Below are positions 50,019-61,747 of a stretch of 64,000 bases of DNA, in pieces. Position 1 is the stretch's first letter. Each line of letters starts with the position of its first letter. Where the stretch lies: NCBI RefSeq assembly GCF_963921235.1, contig NC_086097.1, positions 203,114,001 through 203,178,000 on the forward strand, given 5' to 3'. Source of the DNA: Mobula hypostoma. Lineage: Eukaryota. The translations under genes and the position numbers were made by a program. A model generated the notes under the pieces. It saw nothing but the letters and a program-made list of their open reading frames with translations, was not told the origin of the DNA and searched no databases.

Positions 50019-50998
50019 CTACCGAAAGTGTCTCCGTCCGTATGATGCCTGCTGCACCTTGTTGGGTTGAATAAAGAAGCTGCTTTGTTTCTACCAGTGA
50101 CTCTGTCTCTCCGGTGATTTCATCCACGCTACAACAAGGAGCACCAGGGGAGGTGATAAGCAGGTGTGGAGAGACATTTGTAGCAAGGTGACTTAAAAGC
50201 ATGTAGGATATAATGGAAGTGTGTGAGATGCCAGACATAACTAACAGAGCTGTTCTAACAGAAGTGAAAGAAAGGACACAATTTTAATGAATATCTGCCC
50301 TCGTGAAGTTAGGTACTCACCATCTTAGTCTAAAATTAGTAATTGTTGAATTTGAAGCTTAAATGGTCATATAAATTGTTGTTGCTGTTACTGATCAAGG
50401 CATCCAAAAACCTGCCACATTTTCTCAAGGATATTTTGAAAACAAACATTTTAAAGTAAATTTTTGAATAAGACTACTTAAAGGCTCAATCTGCTTTCAA
50501 GTGAACATTTCCAGCATATTCACTGAGACAAGCTCATCCTCCAACATGCAAAATCCAATGAGAGAGTAAAGGCAGCTGCTCCTTCCTATCTCAATTAAAT
50601 AAAACATAAAAAAGTTTACAATTAAGAAAATGATAAGTGAATGTTTTTTAACTCTATTTTAACAAAAAATTATAAAAAGACTGTACAATTTAATTTTAAT
50701 GAGCACTGACCCAAGTTCAGACAATATCATTTTCAGAGTAGGTCATAATACATTGATGATGAAAGGTTATTGGACAAAAATGTTAACTCTTTTTCTCTCC
50801 AGAGACATTGTCTGATCTGCTGAATATGTCCAGCATTTGTGTTTTTATTTTAGATCTTAAGAATTTGCAACTTTCTCCTTTTATACACTTGTACATATAG
50901 CTACCTTACACTCTGCTTCAATATACAATATATTATGCATTACATTTTTGATCCATTTATATTTAATTTGAGGGATCGAAGATTGAAAGTACGCCTAC

Positions 50999-51225
50999 CT
51001 GAATTCTCGGTATAAGCTATTAAATGCAAGAGCTGCTCCAAGTCGCTTGAAAGTATTGGGGTGAAGAGCAAGGCTATACAGTCTCTTAAAGAGTGACTTT
51101 GTATTCACTGGACTCTTCTCCTGCTGCTGTGGGGTTGTCTGTTTTATGGACCACTTAAGGAATTCTTGAACACATTGCCCACAGAAGTCTCTTAGAGTAC
51201 TGTCCACTGGATCTACAATGCCATC
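50999..51225 (-). CDS. PRKDC: PRKDC exon (window exon 6, 227 nt)
   Basis: tag|...|gtagg; [76 protein letters not shown]. Confidence 0.97.
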
Positions 51226-52186
51226 CTAGAAAAATGGTTAACAAAATTCAAACTGAACAGCACTGTAATGATTTACTGCAAAGCACTGCTCAGTAACTAT
51301 GTCATATTTCTTCCATTGTTAGCCAAAGGGTGAAACAAAACATCCAGAGACATATTTTCACTGTACCGCTGCATTGGTTTCGTATCCCAAACTCTGCCAC
51401 AGCAAGCTCTGAGTATTTTAAAATTGCTCACTTTAGCTATTCTCCAACCCATCCAAATGTGTATATTCTGCATTTGAATACATCTGGATATTTTAATAAT
51501 CAGTTCCTAAATCAGCCTCCCCTTGACAGCCTGTGTCCAGACTTCTCACTAATCAGTAAAGCAGCTAACATAATCAAGGACCCCATCTACCTTCCTCTCC
51601 CATCCCATTGGCCACAAGATACAAAAGCTTGAAGAAAGCTAGCACCAAAATCAAGGATGGATTCTCCCCTGCTGGTATAAGACTACGAACAGTCCTCTTG
51701 TAGAAGATGGACTCAACTTCGCCATCTACCTCAGTACGGCATTGTACCTGATTGTGTCTCCATTATGCGCTTTTTCTGTAACTGTAACACTTTATTTTGC
51801 ACGTCATTGTTTTTCCCTTACACTACCTCAATGTACTGATATGATGAAATGGCCTATATGGATGGCATCCTTGGAAAATAAACATTTCATAGACAACATA
51901 GTGCATTTTATAGTACAGTTAAGAATACGGCGGGGGTGGGGGGAGAACAAGGAAAACTAAACAACAAAGGGTTGAAATAAACATCAGTAATTCATGAACC
52001 CTACATGAAGGTGCGGGCTAGGACATTTCCATACTTGTAAATCTCCTTAATTTGCTCAATTGCACAACTCATAAAAATATTTAAAATCTTATGTGTACTA
52101 AAAAGTTGCTTAAAATCACCTTACTTAAAGTACATTAAAAAGCTTTGAGTGTTCGAAAAGTATCAAACTAAGCAAACTATTGTTAC

Positions 52187-52294
52187 CAGAACAGCCTCCA
52201 GCAGTGCCACTGTGTCTCGACTTTCAAATTTCCTGTTATTGGTGAACCAATGAATAAGCTGCATGACAAGTGGTTCAAACAGCTGGCTGGTTAC
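52187..52294 (-). CDS. PRKDC: PRKDC exon (window exon 5, 108 nt)
   Basis: tag|...|gtaac; [36 protein letters not shown]. Confidence 0.96.
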
Positions 52295-52814
52295 CTACAT
52301 ATAGAAATACACACAAACTATTCAGCTTTCACTTCTGCCTCATTGTGATAGTACAGCAAGTATGATAAATAATAACACCAACACATCACCCACTTTGCGT
52401 GCATTTGCTTTCAGTTGACCGCATACTAATTGTGAAATGGGCGACCCTCCCAACTTGTTAATTATTTGTACATTTTCAGAACAGTTGAAATTTAGAACCA
52501 TTTCCATATCCTTGAAGAAACTATCAGTACTTCAATGGAACATTTTTATTTAACTCTATTAGAATGCCACAAAGGAACCATTGTTATAAATAGTGCAGAC
52601 ACTACTTTTTCTAGAAACCCTCTTTACTGGTAATGTTGCTGCAAATATGTGGAAGAAAAGATGGCATGGTAGTTTAGGTTCTGGTATGACACGTAATGGA
52701 AATACATTAAAAAATATGCTGGCAGTGTCAGGCTCTCTCATGAATGGCTAATGGTCCAGAAACATTGGAGCATTGACATAGAATAGTGTTAAGTGCATTG
52801 GGAATGAAATAGCC

Positions 52815-53232
52815 AAGGTGTGCTCCGGTCTGAAGACATTAATGGTATGCATTATGATCTAGTGGATGGCGGGGTGGAGATACGAAAGGAGGTGTAAGGT
52901 GCTCCTTCCCTCCGTTAGCCTGCAAGTCACTCTTAGGCAAGGTATGGCACCTGCTTAGCCCCTCCTGATTAGGGTCATGTGAAGCCGTAGGAGCAAGTGG
53001 TTGATGGTCATATGAGCAGTTGGTGCATATCACAAGTCCTGTTTATGCGACCACTAATGCAAGGCAGACAATCTCTGAAGAGTATTGATAATGGCTGGGG
53101 TCACCTGTCTTGTAAAGACACTGCCCAGAAGAAGGCACAGCAAATCACTTCCATAGAAAGATTTGCCAAGAACAATCATGGTCAAGACCATGATCACCCA
53201 TGTCATATGACATGGCACATGATGATGATGAT
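52815..53232 (+). mobile_element. RTE/BovB-related non-autonomous element
   Basis: 3' part cccagaagaaggc..aaatcacttcc..tttgccaagaacaatcatgg resembles the Bov-A/RTE module; (gat)n tail. Confidence 0.6.
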
Positions 53233-53685
53233 CTAAAATGAGATGGTGGTGGACAGGTGTAGGAGTAATCGGATGAGGAACAAAAATTGTTTAGGGATAC
53301 AAGAGTACTGGAGAAAACCTTCGGGAAATGAAACCTGTACCTACTTCCTCCCATTCAAACTTTGTTAGAACAGTGTGGATCTCCACACAGAGCTGACATG
53401 CTGACATTATTTGTTCACAGTGCATTGTGCTGATAGACCCTTTATCCCATGTATATTCATTTGAAAAATCAAAACTGGCTTCCAGGTTTTTTTAGACAGG
53501 GCACAGGTGATTGGTGCTGTAATACCTTACTCGGTGGGCACTAATTGATGAGTCTGACTTACGGACAGCAGATATGTTTACATAATACAGAATATTATTA
53601 AAGATCCCTCCCCCATTCTCTTTGACTTTCTACCATCAGGCAGGAGACTCTGATGCATAAAATCAAGAATGGTCAGGATGGGGAA

Positions 53686-53916
53686 CACACACAAAATGCC
53701 GGAGGAACTCAGCAGGACAGACAGCATCTCTGAAAAAGAGTACAGTTGACGTTTCAGACCAAGATCCTTCAGCAGGACTGCAGACCTTCCACAGAATCTC
53801 GGCCTGAAACATCAATTATACTTCTTTTTCCACAGATGCTGCCTGGCCTGTTGAGTTCTTCCAGCATCTTGTGTGAGTTGTTTGGATTTCCAGCATCTGC
53901 AGATTTTCTCTTTGTA
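53686..53916. mobile_element. Palindromic Penelope-like mini-element (two inverted 3' ends), ~11-bp TSD
   Basis: Two opposite-strand degenerate hammerhead segments; TSD AGGATGGG(G/A)AA at 53675-53685 and 53917-53927; inserted in a Rex1-like 3' fragment. Confidence 0.85.
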
Positions 53917-54127
53917 AGGATGGGAAATAGTTTCTTCCCTTATGCCATTAGGCTTCTGAACTCCCTGCCGTATCACATTCATGGTGTCACTGTTCTGTAA
54001 CTTACAATATTTAATTTATGCACTTTAGTTTGTTTATTTCCATGTAGTCCATCTGTAGATTTCATCCTAGTAAGCTTTAATAAAAATAATTTAATGAATC
54101 AACATGCTTAAGGGCGTGGTTTCTTAC

Positions 54128-54274
54128 CTTATCCACATCACAACCAAGACGGAGCAAGACTGGATATATACGTTTGTTCAGCTGGTACATTGTTTCTTGT
54201 TGTCCTTCAGAGATCTGTAATCCTTTTCCCAGCATATAAGCAACCACACTATGTAACAGTTCACAAGCTGCAAC
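54128..54274 (-). CDS. PRKDC: PRKDC exon (window exon 4, 147 nt)
   Basis: tag|...|gtaag; [49 protein letters not shown]. Confidence 0.96.
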
Positions 54275-54583
54275 CTAAGAGGATTTATCAAGCATAACAA
54301 AAGTTGTAGTATTTTAGAAATAATTTAAGCTTTACAATGATTTAAAACATCACCAATCTATGAAGTGACTACATAAAATGTGAAATGTCCATCTAATTAC
54401 ATGACAGATATAAGGCGAGAGAAATCAAAATTTCCCGGTCCATTGTTACTCATTTGCGGGGTATGTTGGAAGAGGATCAGCTTTAGCAACATACACTACT
54501 TCCCTGCAATGCAACAAGCTCTTCCAGTAGGTCTGTGACCAAGAACACGGTATTAAATGTAGATGAAGAGAACAGTAGCTCAC

Positions 54584-54747
54584 CTTAGTTTGTCGGTCAC
54601 TGGCAGAAAGGGCAAGTTCAGAGATGCGTGGCAGGAATAAATCCAAATAAATCACAGGTTTCATATCTGAAAATGGTACTGCAAAACTCAGTGCCCTCTC
54701 TGCCACCCAAGCAACACATTTCTTCATCATTTCCTCAGAAGAAGCAG
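54584..54747 (-). CDS. PRKDC: PRKDC exon (window exon 3, 164 nt)
   Basis: cag|...|gtgag; [54 protein letters not shown]. Confidence 0.96.
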
Positions 54748-55186
54748 CTGTTGATTTAAACGAGAAAGTTCAGAGTAACAGTAGTATTCAGTCACAGAAA
54801 TATAGAGCATGCTATTCAAGCTGCCTACCTGAGTTACAAACCATCTGCAAGAAGAACAAAGCAGGTCAAGAAGTATCCATAGAAGACAAGGAAATGACGA
54901 TGTTTTGGGTCAAAAGCCTACAGCAGGACTGGTTTACCTGAGCTAGTCCCATTTGCCTCTATTTGGTCCATATCCCCCTCAACCTTTCCTATCCACATCC
55001 TTATCCAAATGCCTTTTAAACATTGTAATTGCACCCATCTCCACCTCTACTACTTCCTCTGGTGGCTTGTTTCATGTACTCACCACCCATTGAATCAGAT
55101 ACCTACTCCTTTAGTCCTCTTTAAATCTTTCCCCTCTTACCTTAAACCTCTGTCCTCTAGTTTTAGACTCCCTTACACTGGGATAA

Positions 55187-55506
55187 TGTGGGCATGTGGC
55201 CAAGTGGTTAAGGCATCAGACTAGCGACCTGAAGGTCGTGAGTTCAAGCCCCAGCCGAGGAAACGTGTTGTGTCCTTGAGCAAGGCACTTAATCACACAT
55301 TGCTCTGCGATGACACTGGTGCCAAGCTGTATGGGTCCAAATACCCTTCCCTTGGACAACATTGGTGTCGTGGAGAGGGGAGACTTGCAGCATGGGCAAC
55401 TGCTGCTCTTCCATACAACCTTGCCCAGGCCTGCGCCCTGGAGGGTGAAGACTTTCCAGGCGCAGATCCATGGTCTCGCACGACTAACGGATGCCTTTAT
55501 TATTTA
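55187..55506 (+). mobile_element. tRNA-derived CORE-like SINE with 14-bp TSD, nested in a CR1 fragment
   Basis: A box TGGCCAAGTGG, B box GAGTTCAAGCC, CORE-like tgtgtccttgagcaaggcactt, (tta)n tail; TSD TTACACTGGGATAA at 55173-55186 and 55507-55520. Confidence 0.88.
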
Positions 55507-55929
55507 TTACACTGGGATAAGCCCTGTGACCATTCACCTCAGCATGCTTCTCAGGATAAACCTCTGTAAGGTCACCACTCAGCCTTCTACACTCCAGGAA
55601 AACAGTTCCAGTCAATCCAGCCTCTCCTTATAACTCAAGCCTTTCAGTCTCCCTAACATCTTTACTGTATCGCCCCTCTCCAGACCGTGGATCCCACCGT
55701 CTCCAACTCTGATGGCCCTGGATGTCTCCAGACCACAGTTCCTGCCGCCTCCCACTCGGACCTTGATTCGATCGGTCACCCCAGACCGCGGATCTTGCTG
55801 ACTCCAACCTCGGCTCCAACGCCCCTGGGTGCCTCCAGACTGGAGATACAATTGTCACCGACCCCAGTTCCAACCAAACTGAGCAGATCCAGACCTCGGA
55901 TTCAACTACCACCAACTCCAAAAAAAATG

Positions 55930-56790
55930 TTTCCCCTCTTGCTGCAGGGATCGCTCCCTTCGTGATTCCCTTGTCCCTCCCTACTAATCTCCCTCCTGGC
56001 ATTTAACCCAGCAAGGAGCTGTGGTGATACACCTGCCCATTCACCTCCTCCCTCACCTCTAATCAGAGTCCCAAATACTCCTTCCAGGTGAGGCAACACT
56101 TCAGCTGTGAATCTGCTAAGGTTGTCTGTTGTGTGCGGTGTTCCCAATGTGGCCTCCTCTTGGTGAGGCTTGATGTAAATTGGGGGACCTCTTTGTCAAA
56201 CCTCTCTGCTCTATCCGCCTGAAGCAGAATTTCCCTACGGCCGAACATTTTAATTTGGATTCCCATTCTTGTTCTGACATGCTGGTCCATGCCCTCCTCT
56301 TGTGCCACGATGAGGCCACCCTCAGGGTGGAGGAGCAACACATTATATTCCATCTGGGTAGCTTCCAACCTGATAGCATGAATATCAATTTCTCCTTCCA
56401 GTGAAAAACATTCCCTCCCCCTCCCTTCTTCTATTCCTCACTCTAGCCTCTTACATCTTCTCACCTGCCTATCACCTCCCCCTGGGTCCCCTCCTCCTTC
56501 CCTTTTTCCTATGGTCCATTCTCCTCTCCTATCAAATTCCTTCCTCTCCAGCCCCTTACCTTTCCTATCCACCTGACTTCACTGATCACCTTCTTGGTAT
56601 TCTCCTTCCCCTCCCTCTACTTATAAATTCTGGAGTCTTCCCCCTTTCTTTCCAGTCCTGATGAAGGGTCTCGGCCTGAAACATCAGTTATTTACTCTTT
56701 TCCACTAATGCTGCCTGAACTGCTCACTTCCTCTTGCATTTTGTGTGTGTTGCTCTGAAATTCCAGCATCTGCAGAATTTCTCATGTTTA
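55930..56790 (+). mobile_element. Penelope-like element 3' part (degenerate GIY-YIG + hammerhead)
   Basis: AEHFNLDSHSCSDM..EATLRVEEQHIIFHLGSFQPDSMNINFS; hammerhead core CTGATGA..GAAACATC at 56653-56690 with mismatched stem I. Confidence 0.9.
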
Positions 56791-56856
56791 TGGTTACCGT
56801 ATGTATTTTTTTCCTGTACCCTTCCAGTTTAACAATAACATTCCTTTAGTTTGTCT

Positions 56857-57060
56857 GTGCCAGTGATGTAGTGGCATCTGCACCAGACTTCGGAGTGAGA
56901 AGTCCTGGGTTCGAATCCAGCCAGCTCCTTTCCTTGCGTGAGTTCTACTTGTGCTGGGTTGAGCGTCTAGCTAGCAACTCAGACAAAATGTAAAATGACA
57001 AAATGCTAAAGAAACAGCTAGGCTGATGCACAATGTGCCAAACTGCCATGGGGAGGAACT
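56857..57060 (+). mobile_element. tRNA-derived SINE
   Basis: A-box-like tgatgtagtgg, B box GGTTCGAATCC. Confidence 0.65.
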
Positions 57061-57064
57061 ATAG

Positions 57065-58110
57065 TTAAGCAATCAGAAATGCACACAATACTCCATGTGC
57101 TGTAGATGTAAGATGACATCCCAACTTTTTCATTCAATTTCCTGACCAACTAAGTCAAATAGCACCTTGTCTGCCATATTAACAATTTTAGGGAATTAGG
57201 GTCTTGTATCTCTCTAATATATCTCTCTTTAGACCCTGCAATCTACTGTGCAAACCTTTCCCAGTTTAACTCCACAAAATGCAGTGCTTCACACTTGTCC
57301 AGGTTAAATTCCATCTGTCATTCCTTGGTTTGATCTAGATCCTGCTATAATCTTACTGACTGGTGTCATCATCAAATTTACTAACCACACCAGCTGCATT
57401 CACATCCTAGACGTTAATACACATGATAAGCAACAAGGGGAGTCAGCATAGTCATTTGTGGCACACAATAGTCACAGGCCTCCAGTCTGAAAAACGGCCC
57501 TCCATTACTACCTCCCTTTAAGCCCTGCCTCCAAGCCAATGTCATAGTCAATTGGCTAGCTCATTCTTATATGATCTAACTGCAGAATCTTCTCAAAGGC
57601 TTTGCTAAATTCAGGTAGACAATGCTTCTGCTCTAACATTAACAATTCTCTTGTTCACCTTTCCAAAATACTCAGTCAAATTTGTGAGACAGAGTTTCAC
57701 ACACACAAAGCCATATTCTCTATCTTTAATCAGTCCTTGCCTTTTCAAATGTGGAGAGGTCCCATCTCCCCAGTAACCTTGACATCTCTGATGTTAAGAT
57801 CACTGGATATAATACTCTGGTTTGTTTTTGAAGCCCTTCTTATACAAAGGCAAATATTAAACACCCTTCAGTCTTCTGATAACCTGACCTGTGGCTATTA
57901 ATCATAAAAGTATCTCTGCCAGGGCCAAGCAGTTTCTTTCCCTAGTTTCCCACAATGTCCCAGGGCACACTTGGTCAAGACTCTGGGGACTTATCCACCT
58001 TTAAGTCTGCTTTGTGAAGTGGATATGTTTTGGCATATCACCATCTCTTTGCTAGCTTCCACGATCTTCTCTGTGGTAAATGCCAATGACAAAATTTAAG
58101 ACCTGCCATC
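57065..58110 (-). mobile_element. Old CR1 RT fragments
   Basis: Reverse-strand degenerate RT motifs (gtgtcatcatcaaattt, tctcaaaggctttgctaaattcaggtagac). Confidence 0.65.
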
Positions 58111-58560
58111 TCCCCTCCACTGGTCTTGTTCCCTCATGCCTATCTACTTTCCTTCATAAGTTGAAGTATTACCAGTCATGAATTTCTTCAACTTTATTCT
58201 TTTAAGGTTTTAATGTATGATCATAAAATATTTTGATCAGCACTTCATTTAAGAAGTCAGAATGGGCATTTTATTGAACTTGGGATCGGCTTTGTAAATA
58301 AATGATCCAGTATCAGTCCACAGTCCAGCAAAAGTAACACGTGATAGAAAGAACCAGAAATACCTTCTCCAGTAATGCAATGGCTCTAGATTGGAACACA
58401 GGGGATGTGAGCCCTTCAATAAAATTCAGTTAAAAGGTTTTAAAAGCAAAACCGTACAAAAGATTACAAGCACCAGATGCTACGGCAACACTGTAGCATT
58501 CACTACTTTACATCAAAAGTAGGCAGCCTTTTCAATGGCAAGTTTTATGAAGGTGTAGAC

Positions 58561-59742
58561 CAGGGGTAGGCAACCTACGGCCTGCGGACCAGATCCAGCC
58601 TGCGAAGGTATTTTGACTGGCCTGCGAGCAAATATTGAGACACTATGCTTATCCGGCCCGCAAGCGATTTTTCCTTATTCTGAGTGTTTCACGCGACCAC
58701 ACTGATGGACATGCATGGCGTCTTGTTAACTGGCCCCAGGTTCAGTTTTGTTCCAAACCAAACACTGGTATATACGAATGACGGGAAGGCAGAGGGAAGG
58801 CAGACTACCCTATTAATATGTATTAGATACTCTCCGTGCAAGCGCAGGTTTTCAGATGGGATTGTTCAAATTTGTAAACAGAAACAGCGTCACTGTGTTT
58901 TAACAAGAAATCCACGCTAAATATCCAGATACTTACATGTACTACGATACTTGTTGAATAACTTGCATTTCGAAATAAAATCAAAGAAAAAAATTCCAAT
59001 GGCAACGAATGCAAAACGCAGGAAGGTAGACGCTGAGTGCCAAAAAAGCAGTGAAAATGAAGGAAATACCCATGCCAGCTACAAAGTCTCAAAGCGTATT
59101 GTAGAAAAGATGAAGCCTTTTACAAATGGAGAGTTTGTCAAAGAGTGTTTACTGGCAGTGGTGGGTATTGTTTGTCCTGAAAATAAATCTTTATTTGCAC
59201 CTATCAGCCTGTCAGCAAGAACCATCACACGGCGAGTTGAAGGAATGTCAGCAGATGTTAAAAGTTGTTTAAGGAATGCCGGCAATGAATTGCATTTTTT
59301 TTTCCAATTGCGCTTGATGAGAGTACAGACTTGAGAGACACTGCTCAACCTGCAGTGTTTGTGCGAGGCGTGACCTCAACTTTTCAAATTTTTGAAGTTT
59401 ATTCAATTAATTCCTATGAAGGACACGGTTGCTGGAGCAGACATTTTTGAAGCTTTGCTGAAAGTGATGTCAGAAATGAAACTTAATGTGTCGAAGCTAA
59501 TTGGCATCACAACTGAAGGGGCAGAAAAACTAACCTGAGTTCTATGATTACTAATTGGCATCCTTGGTTATGCACAAATGATTTTCTAGCATGTGTTATT
59601 CATTAATTTGAGGCAAAACATAACTAGATGTATTTAAATAATTCCCATATTTCAAGTTTTTTTTATGGCATTTATCTGGCCCACCGTCCACTCATTAATA
59701 CGTGATCCGGCCCACAGAGGCAAAAAAGGTTGCCGACCCCTG
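58561..59742 (+). mobile_element. SPIN/Charlie-like hAT transposon, internally deleted, 8-bp TSD
   Basis: TIRs CAGGGGTAGGCAACCT / AGGTTGCCGACCCCTG; TSD GTGTAGAC at 58553-58560 and 59743-59750; transposase remnant KRRKVDAEC..KPFTNGEFVKECL..ISLSARTITRRV..ALDESTD. Confidence 0.95.
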
Positions 59743-60193
59743 GTGTAGACTCTAGTTACCATTTCCTTCCTTATTGTAGAAGGCCCTGGCAGGCAATCAC
59801 CTTTAGTTCATGAGAAGACACGGACATTTCTGTGCCTCATTACAAATCACAAATATAAACAATCATTGCTGTGAAACGTTGATAATTAAGTGAATCAAAT
59901 GCCAATTGATGTCAGTAAAACTACTTGTTTAGCTTAGTGTTTAACATAATCACAATAATTATTTGTTCTATCATTCTGACTTCAGTCAGCTGCTTCCAAT
60001 AAATCATTTTAATGTTCAGAAGCAAAAGACGTAGATAAAACATACTAGCAAACTGCTCCTTCTCATCATGAATGACAGTAATGAATATGTAGATCAAACA
60101 GAGGCATAGATTTCATAGTCATGCAGATTATTAACGTTAAATGTAGGCCAATGTTAGCCTTAAGTTTTCACCTTTATTTATTCTGTTTTCAAC

Positions 60194-60553
60194 TGGACTC
60201 ACTGACGGTGGTGTCTGAAGGGAGGATGCTGTCCAAGTTGCATGCTATCTTGGACAATGTCTCCCATTCACTACATAATGTACTGGTTGGGCACAGGAGT
60301 ACATTCAGTCAGAGACTCATTCCACCGAGATGCAACATAGGAAGTCATTCCTGCCTGTGGCCATCAAACTTTACAACTCCTCCCTTGGAGGGTCAGACAC
60401 CCTGAGCCAATAGGCTGGTCCTGGACTTATTTTCTGGCATGATTTACTTATTACTATTTAATTATTTATGGTTTTATTACTATTTGATTATTTATGGTGC
60501 AACTGTAGCGAAAACCAATTTCCCCCGGGATCAATAAAGTATGACTATGACTA
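60194..60553 (+). mobile_element. Rex1-type LINE 3' fragment
   Basis: RMLSKLHAILDNVSHSLH..STFSQRLIPPRC; (tatgac)n tail. Confidence 0.85.
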
Positions 60554-60586
60554 GACTGATATGCTTTAAACTGTCTTCACACTTAC

Positions 60587-60677
60587 CTGTCACTAGACTC
60601 CGGTTGATGTGTCCCCCCAGACACCCAAGTAACCGCACCACTCTGCGCCTCACATTTGCAGCAGGTAATTCTTCGCT
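60587..60677 (-). CDS. PRKDC: PRKDC exon (window exon 2, 91 nt)
   Basis: cag|AGC...ACAG|gtaagt; SEELPAANVRRRVVRLLGCLGGHINRSLVT. Confidence 0.93.
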
Positions 60678-60783
60678 CTGTTTTATGAAAAAATAAATGA
60701 TTTAAAAACAAAGTAATTATCATTTATGGATATATTTCATCAATAAAAAGCATTGGTTCAAATATCAAATTATGGCCCCCTAC

Positions 60784-60887
60784 CGTAGAAAGATTTGATA
60801 ATTTTTTCAGACGGTTTATCAGAATCTTGTTTCCTCCTTTAGTTGAGGTATCAATCCTCACCATTTCCCAGTTGTTTTCAAACTCAC
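60784..60887 (-). CDS. PRKDC: PRKDC exon (window exon 1, 104 nt)
   Basis: tag|GTGAGTTT...TCTACG|gtagg; encodes EFENNWEMVRIDTSTKGGNKILINRLKKLSNLST. Confidence 0.88.
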
Positions 60888-61747
60888 CTAACAAGAGGTT
60901 TAAAAATCAAAGTATCCGTAAACAAAAAATTGTGTTAGTAATGTGAGCTCCAAATTTTAATTATTTTTTTCTCTCCAAATCTTTAGAATTTGATGTTGTT
61001 GAGAATATAAGCGTGAGATGTGGCTCAGCAGACGCCACTCGTGCCTCTGGGGCCAGGTGATCATGTCCAAGCTCCTCTCCACACAGATGGACACATATTC
61101 CAGAGTGCCATTTCAAGAACTGCTGCATTTAACCACCACATCCACTCAGAGATTTTAAAAACACTACTAATCTATTTTTCCAGCATCTGCCAAAATATAT
61201 CTTTTAATTAATATGTTTAGAATATACCTTGTCAATTCCTTAATTGCTGACTGAGATTTCACTAAAGTGAGATTCCATAAAATGGCTTCGACAAGACCTA
61301 TATTACAATAGTAAATTCACTGCAGAAGTTCATCGTAAAGCAGATTGCCACACAGATGAATTTCTGTATCTCTTAAAACAGCTAGACAAGACTCACTTCA
61401 ATGTAACTGTAACACACGGTTTTTGTCCTTTGAACCTTGTTTTGATTATACTTAGAATTGCACTTTATAATCAAACAACTGAAATAATCCATGAACCCCT
61501 CCATCATTGTTATAGTCTTTTTTTCAATTGCTTGGTTTAGTTTTTATTCGTTCCCCTCAGGATTTTGACATTACAACTATTTTTCCCTCACTATTGGAAT
61601 CAGAAAGCTTTTAAACTTTATTTTGCTTTTTTTCAACTAGTGGCTATGAAGTTCGGAGAAATGGCTGATAATGATTTGATGATGGAGAATATTTAAGAAG
61701 TGTATTTATGCCTCACTGACAGTAAACTGTCTAGAAAGAGGGTTCAA

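Larger units (their letters stand above)
910..60887 (-). other. PRKDC: PRKDC (DNA-PKcs) gene, internal portion: 25 coding exons; gene continues beyond both window ends
   Basis: 25 exons with canonical AG/GT boundaries splice into one open frame (3770 nt). Peptides match recalled DNA-PKcs motifs ([50 protein letters not shown]). Confidence 0.98.

Noticed and set aside
49430..50430. Possible decayed retroviral/LTR sequence (AATAAA..ctacaaca at ~50088-50136 and flanks)
   Set aside because: The frames I translated gave no convincing pol/gag motif and I found no paired LTR; a profile search would be needed.
55187..55260. tRNA-like sequence (also at 56857-56925)
   Set aside because: It continues into SINE body and tail (TSD-bounded at 55173-55520) and lacks a convincing acceptor stem, so it is a SINE head rather than a tRNA gene.
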